From Oikopleura dioica (Eukaryota; Animalia; Chordata), in the NCBI GenBank assembly GCA_907165135.1, contig OU015566.1, forward strand, positions 3,844,001 to 3,908,000: DNA of 64,000 nucleotides, given 5' to 3'. Shown piece after piece: positions 12,501 to 23,383 of this stretch (its first letter is position 1; each line of letters starts with the position of its first letter). The notes beneath the pieces were generated by a model. The model searched no databases and was not told the DNA's origin. It saw only the letters and a program-made list of their open reading frames with translations. The translations under genes were made by a program, and so were the position numbers.

Positions 12501-15500
12501 TATTCCCTGTTGGAATTTTCGGCCGGTGGATTGGCGTATTTGCGTTTTCGGACCAGGTCCTTGTAGTGCAAGAATAGCTCGCGTTCTTTTTGGAGCTGTT
12601 CTTCCTTCATCGTCTGTAGTGCTTTATCAGTCGGAGCGGATTTGAGCTTCTTGTCGAGATCAGCGATGAAGTCGGCGATTTGTTCCAGGGCGCCGTCGCA
12701 TCTTTCGACGGTTTCGGGGAGATTTGGCATCTCCGAGATGTACTAGAACGGGCGAATCACTGATTTCGAGGATTTCTACCTTGACCGACCCGTTTCTCAA
12801 AGACAAGAATTGTCTAGGAGAAATTTACGGGGTTTGAAGAGCAAATGAAGATTCAATAGCGGTCGTAGCAGTTGATTGATGTCGTAACTTGGCGGGAGAT
12901 GTGCGATTTATAAGAGCTGCCAGGCTAAGAAGGGCCGATTTACTGCTTTCGAGCGAAATTACCTCGACCGGTCCGACTAACTAAGACTTTTGAGGGTCAA
13001 AGTTAGATAACGGACTTGGAGAGCGCGAAATGTCGTTGAAAATAGGCGTCAGCGGCGGCGCGAGATCGAAATCGCAGCGGTTGCTCAAGTTGACGTGGCA
13101 AAACGGTTGGCGCGGCGGTACTTTTCCACACGCGGCGAATACCGGAAGTAAGTACACGAGTGCTGATCCAGGTTCGTAACGGCCTTGGGCGGAGAAAAAC
13201 GCTGGACAGGGTAGAAGACGATCAAAAGTTGGGTAGGGTGGGTGGTACAGTCGGAGTCCAAAATAAGGGACACCAAGATAAGGGACTTTTTGGCTCAAAA
13301 TGTCGAAAATCTGCGGCACAAAATAATCCAATTTAAGGGACTTTTTCAGCTTAGAAATTTTTTTTATTCGATTGAATGCAGATAAAGGAGATAAACTGCT
13401 TGAATTGTATTATGATTTCTTGAAAAATGAAGTGATTCGCCCTTGAGTCAATGTTTTTGCTTTTGGAGGCGGATTTGAAGCGACTCTTTTTTCAGCTTCT
13501 TCAATGGCAAAGTACTCATCACGAATCTCATCCTCTTGATCCTTTTCCATGTAAAATTCTTCCAGATGCTCTTCATTTACTTCCATATCTTCATCGTTGT
13601 TCCCATCATTTTCAAACTCTTCTTCACTAAGAAGAGTATTTGTCCAAGCTTTCTTGAACAAGTTAGGAGACAAGCCATCAAAAATTCGAAGAGTTTCTTT
13701 AACAAGTTGCTCTTCGGGAACTTTAAGGTGATCGTTGTCGACGATGAATTTATCCAAGAACATTCTTATTCTGGCTTTCAGAGTGGCAAAAACCACGCTG
13801 TCTGCCGGCATTGAGCAGGGTTCAAAAATACTTGCGCTTGAGGCTAAGGTAATTCCAATCAAGAACCAAAAACGTGTTTTACTTTTGCCTAGCTTCGTGT
13901 TCAATTTGAGATGGAAAAAGAATTGCGAGAAACTTCTCCCACATAGAAAGTCCGTAAACATAGTACATGCTCCTCAACCCCATCAGTGGTTTCTTTCGGC
14001 ACTATTCAACTTACTACGATCTCTAAGAGCATTGACATGGATGTAGAATTTAAAAATGAAGGCGTTTTCTGCTTGTTTTTCAAAGTATTTTTGAACTCTG
14101 CTGGAAATGTCCGGTCGTTGCCGGAGCAAAATATGCAAACTTCAGATTTGGAAACTCCTTTTGCTTCAAATGTGCACTAAATTTTCAAATGCTTTTTCTT
14201 TTAAAATCAAAAAGAATACCTGCAATTATCGAGATAAATTAAAAATTTCTGGCCAGGAAATCGTGCCAACAAAAATCGGTGAAGACGCTCAAGTTCCGCT
14301 CGAAAGATAACACGCGTACACCATGCAGTTGCATTAAAATAAACGCGAGCAAAGGGAAAGTCACGATATTCCACACCAATCTTTTTCGGATTCTCCTCAG
14401 ATTCAGGTTTAGATGGGTCAAACTTATCGTTATCAACATGCACAATAGAAACAGTCTTTGCTGCACCATTCCATCGAGAGCATTTTGTTTTCGTGATTAC
14501 AGTTGGTTTAAAACCAATAGAGCCAAAAGGTCCAAACCAGGGAAGAAAAGTAAATCTATCCTTCGCAGCCTCCATTTTCATATCTTTAGTATTTCCATTC
14601 AACACAATAATCTTTCTCGATTCCATACTACGAGTGATTCCCGATTCATCTGCGTTCAGAAGATTCCTTATTAAATATTAACTTCAACTCTTCATTTTTA
14701 TCAAACCTCAGAGGGAAATTTTTTCGAAATAATTTCAATCTGCCACGCTCAATATTCAACTCCTCCTCAGTCATCGCTTTACGTTCAGATCGTCTTGAAC
14801 TTTTCTTTGCTCCTATGTCTCGTAGAAGGCGTAAAAGATAATTTCGAGAAAAATGCATATTTCCAAGTTCTATCATGAATTCTTCGTCGCGCACTTTCTC
14901 CACAAATATCCGAAACTGTTTGATTTCAAGTCCAGTTGCACGCTGGTTATATTTTTCAACAACTCGTTGCTCAAGTTTCGTTGTAATATCTTGCTTGTAG
15001 CCATCATTTGAATTGTATTTAGCATGTGATGTTGAGGCCATAAGCGAATCTGCATTGTCTCTCAATCGATAATAGCAAGTTTTTGAAAGAGTTGCGTTAT
15101 GTTTCTTCTTGAAAAGTGGTCTTAGCGTCTTCAAATCGGCACCATTTTTGATAAGGGAAGCCCAATACTTCTTTTCATTAAAAGTTAAGCGAAATCTCTC
15201 TTGTTTTTTACTTGACATGATTTAAATGCAATAGAACGCTCATTTAATAACAAATTCACATTTGCTCTAGAAGGATTCCATCAAAATTCGCGCTGCGGCA
15301 GATTTATTTTTTTGGTTACCCAATTTAAGGGACTTTTTTCGAAAATTTCGGAGCAAAAAAAGTCCCTTATTTTCGACTCCGACTGTATTTGTCGAATCGT
15401 AGGGAACTCAGCTGATTTTGGAGAATTTGGGGCGATGAGATGGATGTGTCGAGCGGTAGACAAGGTGGAGGGTTGAAGGTGTAAGTTCTGGGCCGCGGGA

Positions 15501-16893
15501 GTTCTCTATGTCGAATGAAGCGTAGTCTCTGACACCACTAAAGGGTCAATGCATCTGCTTGAAACACTCTCCCACTGAGACTCTAGCTCCTGGGAAATAA
15601 AAGACAACAATTCTAGTTTTTAGCTGCTGCTTCTACTTTATTCGAGAGACAACTGACCAGCCGAGACTGGCACTGCGCGCGCAACGTCCCACTGATCAGT
15701 ATCAAAGTTCAACGGGTTCGCCCGGAATGCGCTAACCCTTTAGTAATAAAATTGGCAAAAACGTTGTTGACACCCTTAAAGCATAATCCCAATGTTCTTC
15801 ATCATATTCTCCTCAATGCTAAATGTCATCATCCTTGTTTAGTCGCGATGAGACGACTTTATGCCGGGAGTTTGAGTTATGACACGACTGAAGAAGAAAT
15901 CAAAGTAAGCCACTTTCCCTTCTCTCCTCCCATCTTCCATCCCTTTTCAGGAGCTTTTCGAAGCTTATGGAGAAATCACATCATTGACGATGTCCTATGA
16001 TGTCGAGAAAAAACATCACAAGGGATTTGCGTTTGTGGAATACGCTACTGCCGAAGCTGCTGCTCTCGCATTGAAAAAACTCAAGTACGAGACTTTTTGT
16101 CCTATATTTCTAAAAATTGATAAGAGGAGTGACGATTAATGATAGAAGAATGAAGCTAGGGCGACCTCAAGCTGCGCTGAGATATCAAACACTTCTAGCG
16201 CAAATGGAAATGGAGGGACGAGCATCAGCGAGGGTTTATCTCGCGAATTTGCCGAAAGAAGCTTCGGTCGAAAAGGTAGCGAGTTCGATTCCCGGAGGAA
16301 CAGAATTTTTTTTCTAATAATTTTCATCCGAATATGTATCTTATCGTCTTGATCCCCTTAACAAGCCCAATTACCCTTCTTCTGCCAAGATACAGTCCTG
16401 TTTATCGACTAAAGCTTGAATGCAGCTCTTATGATTGAATGGAGTGTGAGCATTTATCATTTATCAAAAGGTTAATTAAGGGCGTAGGGGATTAATTAGC
16501 TCCCGAATCAACGAGCGGTTTCAGATTGAGAGCGTTTGCCGCCAATTTGGAGGAGTCAAAAATTTGGCCAAGGATTCGCAGCGATCTGCTTTTGTCGAAT
16601 TTGATTCCAAAGGTACAAATCGAGCAGCATTCGACCTCAATTCTTTGAATATATTTTCAGTTGCTGCAGAGCTGATTCAAAGAAACGGGCAAAAAATAAC
16701 CCTCTGCGGCGATGAAATTTCGATCGGCCAAGTCATCACTCCCCTTGGTCTTCCCATCCCCCGAGGATCCTCATTTAGCAACACGAGCGCTAGAAAATCC
16801 GCAGCGAAACGAAAACGGACCTGCGAAAGTCGCGAAAAATCACTTTGCTCAGTTCCAACTTCTGTAAATAACTGTTCTGCTCCGAAAAAATAA
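9598..16893 (+). CDS. PUF60/half-pint-like tandem-RRM splicing factor (5' end uncertain; about 6.1-kb intron 9762-15842 holds the LTR element)
   Basis: RRLYAGSLSYDTTEEEIK..MSYDVEKKHHKGFAFVEY..AALAL..MKLGRP..RVYLANL..AFVEF..IGQVITP parallels PUF60 RRM1/RRM2; exon 9598-9761 (G|gtaag) joins in frame to ag|TC GCG ATG at 15843. Confidence 0.75.
10293..10496 (-). repeat. 3' LTR (204 bp, TAAAGGG...CCCTTTA)
   Basis: Direct repeat of 15539-15742; minus-strand AATAAA at about 10391-10396; preceded on minus by polypurine tract AAGGGGAGG (10497-10505). Confidence 0.95.
10682..12730 (-). CDS. Gag-aspartic protease polyprotein fused to an integrase C-terminal remnant; RT, RNase H and IN core absent
   Basis: 682-aa ORF: coiled-coil and capsid-like gag, retropepsin FDTGA..LLGRDYL, then KWSGP..V.L......IHRSHV resembling the GPY/F integrase tail. 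Confidence 0.85.
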   Translation of the reverse strand: MPNLPETVERCDGALEQIADFIADLDKKLKSAPTDKALQTMKEEQLQKERELFLHYKDLVRKRKYANPPAENSNREYDQREQHICNLFYKSFASIQPFKGNSPGQFVDFITAMRVFKDSHLRRDGDEKIFLNALTSKLAPNVARFIGNDLRACDDVDAAIGLLKKHYGPKISHFLLMLDVSDIVFDRSRPVTHFTSELATKLAEAKAAFLETFKTANNDAEPNVVDIHEAWATMFAVRALRDQEPDTYNALLSSIDKTFTLNDLALKAETSRRNRVSSDVINVNKTQPGSNNKQKQGYGKHGEGKRSWHNRDQNSAQKKDEKSEKPDQMQRKSHYNVEPDNFADVHALFSVIPVHLTEKVESRPGYFLRATFESGQDSFDCNIEFDTGAYSTILPSHVIPQNVLRNLSAPNHDVAGISGVAETPRGTLYCKVRFDKGPQFELAATVMDGQCRPALLGRDYLRNSNISSYSINNLLGNVKFEFTEASKLKPQVVKLRPLAGDAKNSNAKWSGPSTLRSTNQQVCLVEDANGTVDLIHRSHVAAIEERVPFLDNFDQNLDLTEWPHLIKNFKSKIKQNDHVTRGGKGIESQSRSRKPKPPKKIPSSLPPIAPPKPLFEAQKSGSATDSTSLIPSLLLILASSQPQRSASNPSTPRLKRNIRRPSPSRWILRRNSMKASVGNWVF
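13410..15218 (-). pseudogene. pogo-type DDD transposase, intron-containing, interrupted by a MITE
   Basis: CENP-B-like N-terminus; after GT-AG introns (14706-14667 and about 14220-14177) reads LNADESG, LIYLDNCSAH, YFAPATTGHFQ and then PADSVVFATLK (about DD30D spacing). Confidence 0.8.
13816..14100. mobile_element. Small TIR element inside the transposase
   Basis: 18-bp TIR CAG(G/A)GTTCAAAAATACTT; no intact TSD. Confidence 0.65.
15528..15537 (-). promoter_or_regulatory. Primer-binding site TGGTGTCAGA (tRNA-Leu-like 3' end)
   Basis: TGG-starting sequence 1 nt inside the 5' LTR, complementary to ...TCTGACACCA. Confidence 0.75.
15539..15742 (-). repeat. 5' LTR (204 bp)
   Basis: Direct repeat of 10293-10496; followed on minus by the PBS. 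Confidence 0.95.
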
Positions 16894-16983
16894 AAATTTG
16901 AAAACTCATGCGTCATTTTTTTGACAATTTCCTGTTGCTAAATTTTCATTTCGAAAAAATATACGAAATTGCGCGAAAATGAA

Positions 16984-18402
16984 ATGCGAAAGAAAAAATC
17001 AATGACTTCAAGTGTCAAGTACAAGAAGCAAAAAAATTACAAGAGCTATGAAATCGACGGCGATTTACAGGGAGAATGGGTCCTTGAAGAGAAATCGCAA
17101 CTGGTAATTTTTCGTTTTCTTCCTTGATTTCAATTTTTTCAAGAAAAATGAGGCGATTCCAAAAGTTGAAGAGTACAAAAACGGCGATGTCAATGCAAAA
17201 TCGAGAAGAGGCTATTTCGGTAATTGAGCTCTAGAAACTCGAAACCAACATTTTTTAGTGATTTTCAATCATCTCAAATTTTCCGGAGCAGCTGGAGAAG
17301 TGAACTCGAAGCGAGACGGGACTGAGCACGATGTTTTAAAGGAAAGGAGGAGATTTTTAATACTGAATTCGGAGGAAAAAGTATCAACCCTGAAAAGCTA
17401 GAGCGCGTTTTCACGGAACTAGAATTCGAAGTGCATACCTATCACGATTTGACAAAGAAAGAAGTCGAAAGTACTCTTCAAAAATACGAAAATTGCAACA
17501 TGGATGACTGTGAAATGTTTGGGCTTGCTCTGCTGACGCATGGAGATGCTCAAGGGATTGTTTCCGCAAAAGACAAGATGCTTCATATTTCGAGTTTTAT
17601 CGATCCGATCAAGTCAAATCCGACCCTTGTTGGTAAACCGAAGCTTTTCTTCATCCAAGGTTCTTGAAAAAAGGGAAGTGTTCTTTCTCATCAGATTTTT
17701 AGCTTGTCGGGGGCAAGGATACATGAACGGAGTCAACATCGTCGACACTTCTGCTCCTGATGGCCTTGCAATTGAGGGCAATGATGACGACATCGATCCC
17801 GAAGAAGACGAAGATCTTGCCGAGCGACTGCGGCTTGGAATTCCAAAAGATGCTGACATCCGTAATTTGACTTATTTTTGCTTTTTGATCAAAATTTCAG
17901 TTGTTCATTTCGCCCAGTCAGAAGGATACACATCGACGAGGAATCCATACGTTGGGTCCACTTTTATTATTGCTCTGGTTAGGAACCCCTCGCTTTTGGA
18001 ATAAGTCGAAATTCGAATATTCAATATTTTTCTAGTGCTATTTTCTGCGATATGCTTATCAACTCGAGCTTCACCAGATTTTGGTGCGAACGAATTCTCT
18101 TGTGGGTAAAATATCTTGACATTTTGCATTTTTATGATATATCTGAATTCTAGCACTCAGAGAAACATCCACATACGATCCAGCCTCGGATAGGAAGAAA
18201 CAGATGCCAGTGGTCAGTAGAAGCATTCCAATTATCGTTGCTTTTTGATCATTTTATATTTTAGATTCAATCTCAACTGACGAAGTTACTTTACCTCAAG
18301 CCTCGGAAAAACAAGAAATCTTCCCTTGAACAACTCAAACTCGAGCGAGAAAATGTCAAAGTCGAGAATAATGTTCCCAGCTGGCTTTGCAAAATTCAAT
18401 AA
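16984..18402 (+). CDS. Caspase (peptidase C14, short prodomain) with C-terminal CaaX extension
   Basis: RGYFVIFN, RDGTEHD, LLTHG, LVGKPKLFFIQ|ACRG (QACRG split by an intron), RNPYVGSTFI, KQMP..SQLTKLLYL, ends ..SWLCKIQ*. Confidence 0.93.
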
Positions 18403-18464
18403 ATAAAGATTTCTGAGGCCTTTTTCTTCCTTTTTTCAGTCGAGAAATTTATTGTTTCAATAAA

Positions 18465-20589
18465 TCAAGCATGTTTTCTTTCGAGAATAACGTCGATGCC
18501 GCCTTTTGGCCTCGTAATGATTTCCGCCAAAACTGGGATTTCGTTTGTCACGCGCAACGATTTCCAGGTAAAGTTTCGGAGAAGGTGCGAGAGCATGATT
18601 TTAGCGGTCAGATTCGCGAACTAGAAAAATTTTCAAACCGTCGAAAGAAAAATTTCAGTATTACGCGTTGTCCAATGCAGTTTCTCGGGCCGGCAGAAAA
18701 CGGAAAGTACGAGTAAGCATATCTTGTTTCTGCGGAGCCGCCTTCGAGCCAGCGCTAGAAAATTTTAGCGGTCATGTCTAACTACTCGTCCTACCGAAGG
18801 ATCAAATTTATGAGGGTCTTCCCAGTGTCTCTCGTCTCGATGGAGTTTGTAGCAAGGGATCGTGACGATGGCACCAGTCGGCACGACGAATTTTTCGCCA
18901 TTTTTCTCGACAACTAGATCTGAGTCCATTTCACGAGCAAACATAGCGACTGAGGGAAATTTTCGGAGAGTTTCTTTTGTAACTGCCTCCAGGTACTAAA
19001 ATCGTTGGAATTCTTTGGCAATCAAAAGAGCAAACCGTGAGTTTATCAAGATCTTCCATGGTTGCTGGTCGATCAGAATCGCCAAAAACAAGTTCCATTT
19101 CTTCGTGAAGCCTTTTCAAAACTTCCGGGTGTTGACCGATTTCTTGGATTGCCCAAGACATCGCTGCTGCTGTAGTATCGTGACCCTGAAAGATTTTGAC
19201 TCGGAGTTCTAGAGCTCTCTTTCTACCTCAAACATGAAAGTGTCAACTTCCTCCCTGATTCCTTCCAAGTCAATTTCGCCCTGATCAAGGCATTTTAAAA
19301 GCGTATCTTGAAGATAAGTGTAACGAAATAAACCTCTCTTTAGTCACCTAAAAACGCCATTCTTCCACGACTATCACATTTTTCCGCAAAATACGTTGCT
19401 TCAAATGCATCTCCAAGCTCTTCCTTCAGCTCCTTGTAGTGCTCCCATCTTTGCTTGATGACTTTTTCGGTGAAGTGGTGCATCTTTTCGACGTTCTTGT
19501 TTTGCTGATTGCCGAGAGGAGAAAGGTTCCAGATCCAGTCAGGCCAGTACCAAACGGATTTTTGGCGGATTTGAGTGATTTCCATCCAGTCGAAAATCGC
19601 AGAAGCATAGTAGTTCTAAATAAGGCGTTGTATTTTTCTCTAAAAGAGGCGTTGGCTTACATTTTCTTCGAATTGAATATCAGATTCTGCTCCCATCGCC
19701 GTTTGCACGATGATATCCAGGGCACAAAGTGTGATTGGCCAAAGCATGTTGATTTTCTGAAGTCGATTCTCTTCCTTGATTTCAATTATTTTCCCCTACC
19801 TTGTCAGTTTTGATCTTTTCATCGAGGAGGCCGACCATTTTTACCGCCTTCTCATTCATGACCTCGACGAATTCGGTCAAAACCGTTTTGTGAAAAGCAG
19901 GAGTCAAAAGTCGCCGCCGGGTTTTCCACTTGCTGCCATGGGAAGTTAGCAATCCAGTGCCGAGCCAGTCTTCAAAGAGCCTGTAAAACTGGCCTTTTCG
20001 GATGTGGACGCTAGAATTAAGAATTGGCTCGGCGCCTTCTGGCCGGATCGGGATTATGGCAGGTTTAAAGCCGAACATGGCGTAGGCAAAGATTGCATTG
20101 GGATCTTGAGCCTTGACATCGTCGATGCACGCGTTGAATTGGCGGAAAAAGTCGACTGGGTCGGATTCAAACGACAATGAATGTCCGAAAATTGGGTAGT
20201 TTTTGATGACTGAAGGGTCGTTCACAGTTTTGATGTTGCATGCTTCCATTTTTTTCTCGACTCTCTTCGGAAATTTTTTTCATAAAAAATACTTTTCAAC
20301 TAACCGTTTTCTTCAGATGAATGTACAAAAGAAGGGAGAAACTCGAGATAACGGCAAAGGCAGAGAACTGATTCAGCTTTCCTTCAGGAACGTATGAAAG
20401 TGCTTGATTAATCAGTTCATCGTTGTTTTCAATGAAAGTGAGGAGCAGTTGCTTGGCATTTTGAAGTTGAGTCTTTTTCGAATTATGATTTTTTCATTCA
20501 TAAAAAGGTTCTAAAAGTCGAATTCTTTCCTGAGCAGAAACCGGAACATACCGCTTGAGAATCTCTATCAAAACAGGTGGAATCTCCAT
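18465..20589 (-). CDS. Cytochrome P450, CYP4 family (CYP4V-like)
   Basis: WLGTGLLTSHGSKWKTRRRLLTPAFH, EEVDTFMFEGHDTT, ETLR, PFSAGPRNCIGQ; upstream exons supply a membrane anchor FSAFAVISSFSLLLYIHL. Confidence 0.93.
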
Positions 20590-20900
20590 TTTCTGTAACA
20601 AAATTCCTCTGGAAATTTCCAAAATGAAAGTTCACAAGTTCTGCAATAGTCAATGCAAATAGTCAGTGTAAACAGAATGCAGTGCTTTTTCTATTTGAAG
20701 ATGCCGTCATAATACTGATAGAAAATAACACTGCTCAAACATCTGCTTTTTTCCTCTAGAAAACAGTTGCTTTTGCTCTTTTTTTTTGTTTTTAGTAAAA
20801 AAATGTAACACAGGAAATGGGCTTTCAATGATTTGATAGAAAAAAGGGTTTATTTGAGATAAAAAGGCAGTATAAATGAAAATTCAAAAACAAAAAAGGT

Positions 20901-23383
20901 TTATCCTCGATATCGCGCCATTCGATTTTGGTAGGTATTACCAGGTCTTCCTCCTGCAGATCCACCATATCTGCGAACTGCATTTCTTCCATTTCCGTAT
21001 TGAGATCTTGAGCCGGAATATTTATTTCGAGAATATGAAGGGCTCGTTGTTCGTTGCTGCTGATAAGGCTGACGGTTTCTTTGAGGAGGATTGTAAACTC
21101 GATTATTGTTATTGTAAGAAGAAGTGGATCTTCTTGAAGAACCGTAAGGGTTCGATCGAGCTGGCTGCTGATATGGACTGCGCTGCGATTGATTTTGCCG
21201 ACGCTGGTATTGCGGGGGCTGAGATCGACGGGGCTGGTTGTGTCGGCTGCCGTATTTTTGGGGTGGCGAAGATTTTCTGAACTGATTTTGCTGTGACCGT
21301 GGCGGAGAAGTCCTCGAAGCGCCTTTTTCAGGATTCAGAATGATGCTTTTTAAATTTCAAATATTTAAAAAAACTTTTCGAATCGTTCCTGGAGATGAAT
21401 AACTTGGACGGGTGTAGGAGGAACTGGAAGATCCGGATGCGCCAGTAGAAGGAATCTTCCCCGTCTCTCTAAATTTTGCCATAAAGTCATCAGATCCGGT
21501 GAACGAAGCTGGAGGTCGATTTCGAGGATTCCACGGGGCGAGGAGTTTCTGCGCATCGGGGTTGAAAACAGGAGCGTATCCCATCCAGCCAATTCGAGTT
21601 GATTTGCCCATGGTTCCGAAAGAAACAACGCCAAACTGTTTTTGTTTTCCTTAAAGATTTATCACTCGATTCAGGAAATAATGGACAAACCATTGACATC
21701 GCAAAACAAAGGGCCGCCAGAATCACTAGGCTTAACGGACTAAAATTCGGCCTCTTTTTCTAGCTTAGTAAGGGGGTCATATGACACAGTTTTGGAAAGC
21801 CCAGAAGCTGGGCTTTCATTTGGGCACCATATCAAGGGGTCTGGGTCATGCCCGCAAGGCAAATCATGGGACCGGAAGTTCCAAAATGGGCACTAGAAGA
21901 CTTCAATCGATTTTTTCGATAGCGGTCCCCCGCTTTTAGCATTCAAGAGTAGGTGTGTTAGAAAGCTGAGACTCTGAGCTTTCATTTGAGCCCAAAAAAT
22001 CAAGCATGTAGGGGGTTTGTGGCCTCCTGGGGGCGCTAGAAGTCGGGGTGAAAAACCGGAAGTTCCGAAAACTCCGAGTTTTGAGTTCTAAACTCATAAA
22101 TTTTGTTTTATTTTTGTAAATATACAATAAACAACAATAAAAAATGATGAACCGCGGTTGAACCTGGTGGTTGACCGGGCGGTTCAACTCTAGAAACCTC
22201 CCAAAACATATCAATATGGGTATTTTTCGATGTCAAATCGAACAAACAATCAAATAAAAGTGGACCTTAAAAGCTTTCTAACACACCTACTCTTGAATGC
22301 TAAAAGCGGGGGACCGCCATCGAAAAAATCGATTGAAGAGTTCTAGTGCCCATTTTGGAACTTCCGGTCCCATGATTTGCCTTGCGGGCATGACCCAGAC
22401 CCCTTGATATGGTGCCCAAATGAAAGCCCAGCTTCTGGGCTTTCCAAAACTGTGTCATATGACCCCCTTACTAAGCTAGAAAAAGAGGCCGAATTTTAGT
22501 CCGTTAAGCCTAAGAATCACCCCGACCAGACATTGTTTTATCGGTATTTTTGAAGAGAATACAGTTCTTCGGATCTGCCTTGAAGTCAGAACATCTCACT
22601 GGTAGAGGTGGCTTATCGTGGGCAGCGACTCCAACTGTTCCTTCTTTGAGAACATCTGAAGAGAGTTTCTAGTGGATCAAAATGAAGAAAGCAGTACCTG
22701 ACCATTGTCCATCAATATCTGTGTTGCCTTGGCCAACGACTGTGCATTTTTTCTTCTTCATCTTAAAGAAATGCTGCGTTTTAATCGAAAAAAGAGGCTT
22801 ACGAGAATATCATTGAATTCTTGAAACGTCCCAAGCTCAACTTTCTGCGCCGTCCGTCCAAGAGGAATTGGTTGAACAAGTTTCACAATCGCGTAGTCAT
22901 TTTTATAAAGACCCCCTTTTGATCCCAGCGCTGTGCCGATGCTTTTGACGCTTTTGATCCCGATCAAGTTTTTTGCAGTACTCTTGCTTGATCGCTTGTT
23001 GGTCCCGTAGAGAACTTCGTTTTTCGATGATAAACTACAGTGAGCAGCAGTCAGTATAGTCGTTTCATCAAGAATCGTGCCGCCGCTGAAATTTGTTCTT
23101 TCAAAAATTCGAAAAAAGAAAGACCTACCAAAAAGGTAATTTCTTGGTAGGAGTAACAAAGGAAACAAATGACGGATACTTGGTGCTGCTCATTACTTTT
23201 CTCCCTCTTCGCTAAATTTGAGCAGGAAGACACTCATTTGGGAGGGGGTCATTTCTCCGTAGCCAGAAGGATTCGTCATTATCAGCTCACTTTTCAAAAG
23301 CAAAAATTAATCAACTTTAAAAGCCGTTTTAGCACTTACACGATAGCATCATCGAGAAACTCTTCAAAAGCGCTCTCGTTCAT
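20901..23383 (-). CDS. Trypsin-like (S1) serine protease with long low-complexity tail; catalytic GDSGGP interrupted by a MITE
   Basis: FCGGTIL..ILTAAHC, NDYAIVKL, GDS|GGPLFC split by the 21727-22512 insertion; start approximate. Confidence 0.85.
21727..22512. mobile_element. hAT-like MITE with about 240-bp TIRs
   Basis: 8-bp TSD AGAATCAC; TAGGCTTAACGG...CCGTTAAGCCTA; near-identical inverted arms. Confidence 0.93.

Larger units (their letters stand above)
13248..15385 (-). mobile_element. pogo/Tigger-family (Tc1/mariner) DNA transposon nested in the LTR element
   Basis: TA TSDs; 24-bp TIR CAGTCGGAGTC(C/G)AAAATAAGGGAC with one mismatch. Confidence 0.92.
10293..15742 (-). mobile_element. Non-autonomous Ty3/gypsy-type (Tor-like) LTR retrotransposon
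   Basis: Two apparently identical 204-bp LTRs, GTAA 4-bp TSD on both sides, PBS, PPT and a gag-protease ORF. Confidence 0.93.

Noticed and set aside
19782-20249. P450 apparently lacking a membrane anchor
   Set aside because: Upstream exons (20589-20306) supply a hydrophobic anchor
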